From Octopus bimaculoides (taxonomy: Eukaryota): a DNA stretch of 60,759 nucleotides. Location: the NCBI RefSeq assembly GCF_001194135.2, contig NC_068983.1, positions 155,103 through 215,861 on the forward strand. Direction: 5' to 3'. The notes below the pieces were generated by a model. The model was not told where the DNA came from. It saw only the letters and a list, made by a program, of their open reading frames with translations, and ran no database searches. Shown piece by piece: positions 51,492 to 60,759 of the stretch (position 1 is the first letter of the stretch; every line of letters begins with the position of its first letter). The position numbers and the translations under genes were made by a program.

Positions 51492-52299
51492 TCATCATCA
51501 TCATCTAACACCTGTTTTCCATGCTGGCATGGGTTGGATGGTTTGACAGACGCTGGCCAACTGAAGAACTGCCCAGGCTCCATTTGTCAGTTTTGGGAAG
51601 GTTTTTACAGCTAGATGTCTTTCCTAATGCCAACCACTTTACAGAGTGTAAAAAGGTACTTTTTGTGTGGCACAAGCATGGTGTAAATATATATACACCT
51701 CCGCCAATGCCTCCTCCCCTCTTAAAAGTTTTTTTTTGTGTCTTGCAAGTACTTGGTGACCCTGTCAGTGCAGGTGCCACTTAATTGCACCTAGTCCACA
51801 CTGTAAAGTGGTTGGTGTTAGGAAGGGTATCCAGCTGTAAAAACATTGCCAAAACTGACCTCACCTGTGCTTGTGCCACATAAAAGGCACTAAGTCCAGT
51901 CTGCTGAGTGTTTGGTGTTAGGAAGGGCTTCTAGCTGTAAAAATCCTACAAAACAGTTGCAAAAGTCTGATGCAGGTTTCTGCCTGGCTGGCTCCTGTCA
52001 AACTGTCCCACCCATGCCAGCATGGAAGGTGGACATTAAGTGATGATGATGAAGGCAAGACACATAAGATAGGAAAATAGTGTGATGTAACAATGAAAAG
52101 TAATTTACAATGAAAGCAAAACGAAGTAAATAGTGTATGGAAACAATGTTTGGAAAATGAGGTATGGTCCAATGAGCTAGCAGAAGCATTAGCATGCCAG
52201 GCAAAACGCTTGAGTGGTATTTTGCCTGTTCAAATGCCACCAGGGTCAACTTTGCTTTCATCCTTTCAGGGTCAATGTAATCGATTGGTCCCCTCCCCC

Positions 52300-52640
52300 G
52301 AAATTTCAGGCCTTGTGACTATAGTAGAAAGGATTTGATTGTTCTGGCCTTAGCATCAGTTGGTAAGAATAGAAGTCATTTGATGACACCCTTTTGTTTG
52401 TAATTGGCTCTCCTGTTGCAGGTTCAATCCAAGGAATATTGAAATAATATCCATCTTGTCCATTCTACAGAATAAGAGTTTTACTGGAGAGCATCATAAG
52501 AGGGATGAGTTTGTGAAACACATTTTAGGTTGTTATCCCAAACACGAATGAGAATATCATGATTTTCATGGGGATCACCAATCATAAGGATGGCTACTTC
52601 ATTAGATGTGGGCTCATTAAAACAGCGTAAAATGTTCTTT
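52300..52640 (-). mobile_element. Helitron Rep-domain fragment
   Basis: FNEPTSNEVAILMIGD...ILIR...SQTHPSYDALQ, then after a frameshift GQDGYYFNIP...NKKVSSNDFYSYQLMLR, matching the Helitron Rep pattern YNxPTxxEVA...SYDALQYPLLF..GEDG. Confidence 0.82.
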
Positions 52641-55333
52641 ACTATAGACACAACAAACGAAGAAACACACACACACATAGAATTGATAATATCGAAAACA
52701 GCAAACGTACACGTGCAAAGTTCAAGCAAAATGAAATGTAGTCAATATAAGTACAAAACATACTTTCTGTAGCATAGTTATGCTATAAATAGATGGAAAG
52801 TCACCAATTTAGTAAAAGTTAGTATGCCTCACCAATGTCAGAAAGTACATAAAGTCAACGTTTATGTGGAACATGTATGAAATGTTATAAAATTCACAAT
52901 TGAATATCACGGCGAAGAAAGTGAAAATCCAAGAAAATTCAGAAGGCATAATTCAATTTTTCATACAAAATTAATTTATTTTACAATCTTGAAACAAACG
53001 CTGAACCAAGTGTATAAAAAGAAAGATGCTATTTTTGAACTGTATAACATTATAGGCTGTAGAATAAATACTGAGTAAACACAGTAAAAAAGGTTGTGCA
53101 ACATTGTTACTCACAGCGATGAAGAATACAAGGACTGTTCAAAAAAATGTTATCTTGAAAGAGCCGCTGAGGCTTTCTACTTTGCCAAGTTTCCGAATTT
53201 GTTATAATAACCAGAATAATATTATATCTGTGAGTACTGTGAGTGGTGTTAAACCAGGCAAATCTTCCATGTTGGCAGTACTTGAAAGTGAATGCTGTTG
53301 TTGTTTGTTTGAAGTCCCGGCCACAAGTAAACTTTCAATATTGGTGCGTTTCATTGCTGGGAGGAGGGGAGTTACATACACAAACTAAGAGACACACACA
53401 CACACACATACATTAATGCACACGTGAAGCCTATCTCTGTCCCTGTGTGTGTCTGTCTCTGTCTTTAGATGTGTGTGTGTGTGTCGTCACAAAAATGTGT
53501 GTATACTGACAGACACATGCACCATCACACACATATACTTGTCAGTCATCAGCCTAACACAGGCAACAAACGTGTGCACACACACACACACATATAGAAA
53601 ATGTGATGCCATCGTCATTGTGGTGGTGATATGAAATGTCGTTTACGATAGGTGACTAAAAGAAAAATAATAATGTTAAATTATTGTAATGCAAATATGT
53701 GAATGAAAATATAGTTTAGTTGGTAGCCAAAAGCTTACTGAATCTTTTGATACCCCTTACATCAAAATCAGCAACTCGGTTTTGGAATGCATAAGGAACA
53801 TATGCANNNNNNNNNNTTACTGAATCTTTTGATACCCCTTACATCAAAATCAGCAACTCGGTTTTGGAATGCATAAGGAACATATGCACACACACACACA
53901 CACATACACAAACTCTCTTTTATAGTTATAGATGAAACAAAGAGGAAAGAGAGTATTTACACAATGCACTACTATTAATCGCTGGACTGGCCCTCGGGCC
54001 GGTGGCACATAAAAATCCCCCACTACACTCTCAGAGTGGTTGGCATTAGGAAGGGCGTCCAGCTGTAGAAACTCTCCCAGATCAGATTGGAGTCTGGTGC
54101 AGCCATCTCGTTCGCCAGTCCACAGTCAATACATCCAACCCATGCTAGCATGGAAAACGGACGTTAAATGATGATGATGCTGAAGAACACTCAACGCTCT
54201 CAATCATGGCAAACAATGAACTGCTTACCATCCTAAACTGCCAACCACTCACAGTTCTTTATAATAATGAGACAGTCCACCTTCAGTCACTTAGAGGACG
54301 ATCGGAATCCTTCCACAACATCTGCCTTTTTTAGAATCAGTATCCTCTAACTTCTTTGAGAATTGAACTCTGCTCTGAGTTTTAATATCTCTTACGTTAA
54401 GGGTTCAATCCCAGTGTTTCTGTTCTTTTCTGTTTTCTGGTGCTAGGATGGGTAGTTTCAAATTGTTTGGGTGTTAGTACCTTAAACATGTCATACAATA
54501 CTTCCACGAGGATTTCGTTTCTCATGACTGTTTTTTCTGTTAATCATTATCATCATCATCTAATGTCTGCTTTCCATGCTGGCATGGATTGAATGAAAAC
54601 TGGTAAGCTTGGGAGCTGTACCAGGTTCCAATCTGATTTGGCACGGTTTCTACAGCTAGATTCCCTTCCGAACACCAACCACTCCGAGAATGTAGTGGGT
54701 GCTTTTACGTGCCACTGGCACGAGGGCCAGTCAGGTGGCCCTGGCATCAGCAATGCTTGAATGGTGCCTTTTAAGTGCTACCGGCACAGGTGCCAGTCAG
54801 GCAGCACTGGCATAGGCCATGCTCGAATGGTGCTTTTTACATGCCACTGGCACAGGTGTCAATCAGGTGGCATCGGCCATGTGTACCCTTTTGTAAATTG
54901 GTTAATATGTCTTTTATATTCAATATTTTTTTCCTTTTACAAGGAATATCATTCTTCCAATTTTTTTAGTAATTATACCGTCCTCCCAGCTTTCTTTGCC
55001 ATACCTGTAGAGGTTTTAAAAAACACTTTGTTACCTAACTTAAAAGAATTTTGAAATATTTTTGTTTGACTTTTCTCTATTTTCACTCGCTATCAGCTTG
55101 TCAAAGGCAGATTTGACTATGGTTTTATTTGGAGAAGGGGTGAAAATACAATAAGGTGTTTATAGTACTAATTAATAGTATTTATCATAATAAAGTGCTA
55201 ACTGATTAAATGTAATTTTTTATTTATTTACTAGTAGGTGGTTAAGCTCTTCCACCTGTTGTCCGAAGTGAGATAGGCCAAGGTTCAATGGTCTATATTA
55301 TTGGTCACTTAAAATTTAAAAACAAAAGACCAG

Positions 55334-56332
55334 CTATTGAGACCATTATACGGGGTAAGATATATAAATAAATGAATGGGAAGATAGTGTATGTTGTAAG
55401 GGGCCCTAAAATATTAAGAGAGAAACCTATTTGGACATTTAGGAAATAAGACGGTTGCGGGTGAGAATAGTCCAAAAGTTTTTTTAAATAGGAATGTGAA
55501 ATTAGTAAAAACAATGAAGAGAATTCATTCCACTGGAAAATTAGGGAAATATTTATGTTTAAGGGGAGGTAATAACTGAGGTAAGTGGCCTAAATTAGAG
55601 AATGCTGGTCTACCATCCAGTGCATCTAATCAATGAGCTGACCAGTCCAACAAACAACTAATTGGCTAAACAATCGATAAATCAGTCAGTTTACAGGTCA
55701 ATTAAATAAGTAACTCTAAATATCCCTAATTAAATTGATGATTACAATTTAAAATTAAAAATTAAAATACTAGCAGATTGTTTTTACTGATGGAAGCTCT
55801 TACTACAATTTGTTTCTGCATTCATACACAAGAAAAAATTCAACATCCATATACATGGGTATGGACACACTCATATAAATGTATATACATATACACCTAT
55901 GCACCCTCACATGCAACATGCATCCACTCAAGTACACACGTGCCTAATACTCAGTCAATTATAATATACATTATATTGTTATATTAACCCATACATTTGC
56001 CAGTTTCAACAATTGGTCCCCCATCCAAGTATTAATACACATAACAGCAATATTAATAGCACATAGATATGAGCTAACTGCAAAACAGAGATCAAGCGAA
56101 TACACAACTAAAAGAGGGTGTAAGGTCTTAAGTTAGTATTAAAGTGTTAAATAATTATTTCGTTGTGTGGTGAGGGTGGGGGATAGTGAAATGAGTAAAT
56201 CCAATAGGGGGGTGGGGTCTCCATTAAATAGAAGTATATATACTGTCCTAAGCATTTTAGGGTCCCTTACAACATACACCATTTTCCCATTCATTTATTT
56301 ATTTATCTTACCCCATATAATGGTCTCAATAG
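55334..56332. repeat. 79-bp inverted repeat pair (55334-55412 and 56254-56332)
   Basis: 5 mismatches in 79 bp by manual comparison; about 840-bp AT-rich spacer. Confidence 0.85.
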
Positions 56333-56334
56333 TC

Positions 56335-57403
56335 AATTGTTATTCATTTGTTTGTGGCAGATGTTCAGGTGCAATAAAGACTGCAAACAAACAGGAAACA
56401 ACTTCTATCTCATTCCAGGGTGAAAAACTAGAGGTAGTCGATAGCTTCCGCTATCTGGGCGACCAAGTTAGTAGTGGGGGTGGGTGCGCTGAAAGTGTAG
56501 CTGCTAGAATAAGAATAGCCTGGGCAAAGTTTAGAGAGCTCTTACCCCTGCTGGCGACAAAGGGACTCTCACTCAGAGTAAAAGGCAGACTGTATGACGC
56601 ATGCGTACGAACAACCATGCTACATGGCAGTGAAACATGGGCTGTAACTGCTGAGGACATACGTAAGCTCGCAAGGAATGAAGCCAGTATGCTCCGTTGG
56701 ATGTGTAATGNNNNNNNNNNNNNNNNNNNNNNNNNNNNNNNNNNNNNNNNNNNNNNNNNNNNNNNNNNNNNNNNNNNNNNNNNNNNNNNNNNNNNNNNNN
56801 NNNNNNNNNNNNNNNNNNNNNNNNNNNNNNNNNNNNNNNNNNNNNNNNNNNNNNNNNNNNNNNNNNNNNNNNNNNNNNNNNNNNNNNNNNNNNNNNNNNN
56901 NNNNNNNNNNNNNNNNNNNNNNNNNNNNNNNNNNNNNNNNNNNNNNNNNNNNNNNNNNNNNNNNNNNNNNNNNNNNNNNNNNNNNNNNNNNNNNNNNNNN
57001 NNNNNNNNNNNNNNNNNNNNNNNNNNNNNNNNNNNNNNNNNNNNNNNNNNNNNNNNNNNNNNNNNNNNNNNNNNNNNNNNNNNNNNNNNNNNNNNNNNNN
57101 NNNNNNNNNNNNNNNNNNNNNNNNNNNNNNNNNNNNNNNNNNNNNNNNNNNNNNNNNNNNNNNNNNNNNNNNNNNNNNNNNNNNNNNNNNNNNNNNNNNN
57201 NNNNNNNNNNNNNNNNNNNNNNNNNNNNNNNNNNNNNNNNNNNNNNNNNNNNNNNNNNNNNNNNNNNNNNNNNNNNNNNNNNNNNNNNNNNNNNNNNNNN
57301 NNNNNNNNNNNNGTTGCCATCTGGTCTCACCAGTCCTCAGTCAAATCGTCCAACCCATGCTAGCATGGAAAGCGGACGTTAAACGATGATGATGATGATG
57401 ATG
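56335..57403 (+). mobile_element. Young RTE LINE 3' portion spanning an assembly gap
   Basis: Stop-free frame FVCGRC...LEVVDSFRYLGDQVSSGGGCAES...LRWMCN up to the gap, then a perfect ccatgctagcatgg and (GAT)n tail. Confidence 0.9.
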
Positions 57404-59052
57404 ATTGATCTTTCTCTATTTTCTGTCTTATCTAAATTTTGATTCTTGATAAACCCATGTTTATTCTTGTCTTTACCTATAATTTATGAGCATAATATGT
57501 TTCCACATGTATGCCCATGGTTAAACATAGGTAATATACCAGTAGTATAATGGCTACTTCTATCCCTTAGACGGTTAATTTAACTTCTAATTCAGCTAAC
57601 CTTATACACACACACACAAACATATATATATATATCTATAGTAAAGATTATTTGCCAACATAACATGGCAGTTCTGGTTAGGACGAATGCTACTGTTATT
57701 CAGCCCCAGGCCAGCTTTGATATGGTTTCTACTGTTGAATGCCCTTCCTAATGCCAGCAAATTTACTGTGTATTATTGGATGTGGGAGGTGTGGGCCCAC
57801 GAGACCCTGGGATGGGGGACAGCAGCATCATGTACCTGAAAAGAAAGCTCATACATAATCACTACATTACATAGGAGATAAATCCTAAGTAGGGATGGGA
57901 GGAACACTAAGCCTTTGGAGGTATTCTTGGGAGAGACATCTGATAGAGGTCCGAGAATAGAGACCTCCGGTACAGGTGGTGGGGCTGGGAAGGGTGGGCG
58001 CACCGTGAAACAGCAAAAACTCAGGCTGTTGGTGTGAGAGAATATTGATGATAATAACAAGATAGAATTGGGCATTTGAATTCTTAACTAGAACTATAAC
58101 CAAGAGTTTTCAGTCAGCCAAACCGTGACAAAATTAGATAAATGAATGAATAAATGAGTGTGAAAGAGGAGAAAGAGGGAAAGTTGGATGGAGCGAAGGG
58201 ATCTTAGGGTTAGGGTTAGGGTTTTTTTCTCTAAACATACAGCGTGGAAGATGAAACCGTGTTCACATTAATCGATAATGAAATGAAATAAGAAAGTAGT
58301 GCTTATTAAAATATTACTCGGCTGCTAAATAATAACAAGACAACTTGCCACAGTTTATCAAAGTAATCCTTCAACTTCAAGCTAGCATGGTTGGAACAGG
58401 GGTTGTGACAAACTATTCTCCAAGGATACAAAAGACACACTTACCAAACAATCCAATTTTGTTTGAAAGAAAGAATCTCAGATTTCCCCCAATGGACAAA
58501 AGTAGGCAACTATTCTGTTTCTTATTCATTGTCTCATGAAAGCAGGAATGGGATGGCTTTTGTTAAAAGTGTCTCAGAAGGATGTTTCTGCTATCAAGTC
58601 AACTTCAAAGTTGGAGTAGAAACTAGGATAATGAGAGATGGTTTCTGTCTAAGATGAATACTTTTACAGTAATATTATAGCTGGAGACTAGATTTGAACT
58701 ACTGGTATTATAGTCAGTGGCTTCACACACAAAACTGGCAGTGTGGTTAGGGTTGGAAAGAATACCTTGTGGTAGTCATTCGAGCTCTTTGCACTTTGTG
58801 TTCAAATTCTGCTGAAGTCAACTTTGCTGTTTATCGTTTCAAGGTTAATAAATGTGAAGTGCCGGGGCTGTGTCTGTTCTTTGTCTCATGTAATCAATGA
58901 CATTAAAAGAAATCAAGAAAGGAGGCGTCCATATTGTGCTCCACCACTTCAATTGTTTCATCACCAATTTGTGAACTTACTAACAAAAAAAAAAACAAAA
59001 AAAAACAGACCCTCCAATGCACACACACACACACACATACACAGAGACTTAC

Positions 59053-59175
59053 CTTAACAGCAACTTCTGATTCATGTTCTCGGAAATCTGTATAAGACAT
59101 TACTTCAGCCATGATAAAACCTTTCTCAAAGTCAGTGTGGATTTTCCCAGCAGCTTGAGGTGCCTTGGTATTTTT
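59053..59175 (-). CDS. OLA1: OLA1 penultimate coding exon
   Basis: Acceptor tgtgttttgtag, donor AAG|gtaagt, 123 nt, phase 0-0. Translates [41 protein letters not shown]; [22 protein letters not shown] is diagnostic. Confidence 0.98.
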
Positions 59176-59823
59176 CTACAAAACACATTACAATATAAAA
59201 TAAAATTCCTCAGAGAAGACACAAAATCTTAAGATGCGTTAAGGACTGGTTCTAGTAAATCTATAAACAAAGTTGGAAAATGGTTTACTCAAAATTTTAT
59301 TATTCCAATTCTTATTTTGTAAAAGACTGGGTCTTCAGGTTCACTAAATTTCCCATTGTGCTTTCCAAACTTCTAATTGCAGTTTAGGGCTGAAGTAAAA
59401 ACAGAAATTCCCCCACCACTAATACAAAGCTATCTTGAGAAGCAAGCACCGTCTCAAGCAATGTAATTTTACTATAATTGATGTATCTAGGATATATTAT
59501 TGATGGATTGTAAAGTGTCTACAAAGTCCCATAAAACCTACAGCTGTGTTTTGTTTGTACTGATTGTAAGGAATTTGTTGACCAGCTTTAAAAAATGCAC
59601 CCGACAACTGCACAGTTCTGCACCGTGACCCCTCCAACACCCTGCTAACAAGTCTGAATGTTGCTCTAACTGCAGGTTGACCAATGCTGCTTTGTGGGAG
59701 ACTGTGAGAAATCCCTGCACACACACATAGTTATCATGGTCATTTCTTGAAGTCTACTTTCCAGTCTGTCTAATACATTCAACTGAGATGTAAACAACGA
59801 CAACAACAACTGCATCAACTTAC

Positions 59824-59920
59824 CTGTATAGTCCAGGCTTTGACTTCATCTTTACCACTGGTGAAGAAGTAGACTAGTTGTAACATCTTGTATCCTTGAA
59901 CAATAATCTTTTCAAGTGCA
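59824..59920 (-). CDS. OLA1: OLA1 coding exon; upstream exons lie beyond the right edge
   Basis: Acceptor tccccacag, donor CAG|gtaagt, 97 nt, phase 2-0. Translates (S)[32 protein letters not shown], matching OLA1 LQLEYFFTAGPDEVRAWTI. Confidence 0.97.
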
Positions 59921-60028
59921 CTGTGGGGATGGAAAACTGGATAAATTAGCACAACAACAACAACAGTAGCAGCAGATTCTACTAACACCCCCTACCTCAC
60001 ACCCCCTACAATGCAGCAGCAGCTTGTG

Positions 60029-60150
60029 TCACCACCGCCACCACCATCACCATCACCATCACCATCACCATCACCATCACCACCGCCACCACCATCACCA
60101 TCACCATCACCATCACCACCACCATCACCATCACCATCACCATCACCACC
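60029..60150. repeat. (CACCAT)n/(CAC)n hexamer microsatellite in an OLA1 intron
   Basis: Directly visible. Confidence 0.9.
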
Positions 60151-60759
60151 ACTTGAAAAGTGAGGAAGTAATCAGAAACACTGGTCAGTAAATGGCAGAA
60201 GAAAGTCATTTTTTTGTTTTAATAAATGGATGCTGGGTCCCTGAAGAGACATTGTTGTATAGACTTGATGTCATGGTTACCAGTATTTATACAAAATAAT
60301 GAACATTGAGGGAAATAAAGGATTTAAGGGTTTTAATAGAAAAATGACAAATTATGCGTTTTAATGTTCATTGAATCAACACCAGTATATTACTGCTACA
60401 TTTTTCAATGAAGGAAATCTACAATTAAGAGCCCTCTCTACTCGCTGGCGGTACCTACCCACCACCACTACCCATTTTCCTTTATTCAAAAATTCTTATC
60501 GCTCCTTAAAATTATGGCTTTTAAGTGTTGATTTCTCAGCCCAAGAATTACAGCGTGATGTGCTGCTTGACTGGTCCCCCCTCTCCCTCTCTCTCTCTCT
60601 CTCTCTCTTTATATATATATATGATGATGATGATGATGATCTTTTCTCCCGCCATGCCTCTGTCTACCCCTCCATCCCCCTTCGTAGTTTTTCCTTTAAG
60701 GTCTTCAGGTTCTGGCTATATATAAATGAGAAACCCATTCTAAATTATCTCGCTGACGT

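Noticed and set aside
52417-52550. Plus-strand acceptor (ctcctgttgcag) with a short open frame
   Set aside because: The region is explained as the antisense strand of the Helitron Rep fragment.
53733-53886. ~70-bp exact tandem duplication across the 10-N gap at 53807-53816
   Set aside because: Same signature of scaffolding overlap; not treated as biological.
60011-60163. Plus-strand MQQQLVSPPPPPSPSPSP... ORF (poly-His in another frame)
   Set aside because: Product of the CACCAT microsatellite, antisense within an OLA1 intron; no gene context.

Overview
This is AT-rich, gapped eukaryotic genomic DNA, most likely from an octopus or other coleoid cephalopod (inferred from the RTE-LINE/SINE families with (GAT)n tails and dense TA/CA/GA microsatellites). 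Two spliced genes lie in tandem on the minus strand. OLA1 (Obg-like ATPase 1/YchF family) contributes its last three coding exons (59824-59920, 59053-59175, 49095-49202). ICA1 (ICA69, arfaptin-type BAR domain) contributes five well-supported coding exons (15008-15185, 14496-14568, 6525-6648, 3592-3790, 475-699) and continues off the left end of the window. Its probable promoter is at about 45600-46240, so its first intron is about 30 kb. In that 5' region I find up to four candidate ATG-bearing exons, all ending in the splice phase needed to join exon 15008-15185. The rest is mostly decayed mobile DNA: many RTE LINE fragments (with a PHD-like finger inside the RT region), tRNA-type SINEs, two mariner elements, two Penelope-like families (one with pseudo-LTRs carrying hammerhead-ribozyme vestiges), a BovB-like RTE, a Gypsy pol fragment and a Helitron Rep fragment. 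Unexplained structures include a 45-bp-stem hairpin, an approximately 220-bp inverted repeat enclosing a highly structured GC-rich core, a second inverted repeat, and a 4x31-bp TGACGT array upstream of the ICA1 promoter. No rRNA, bona fide tRNA gene or CRISPR array is supported. All analysis was by eye, and repeat boundaries are approximate.
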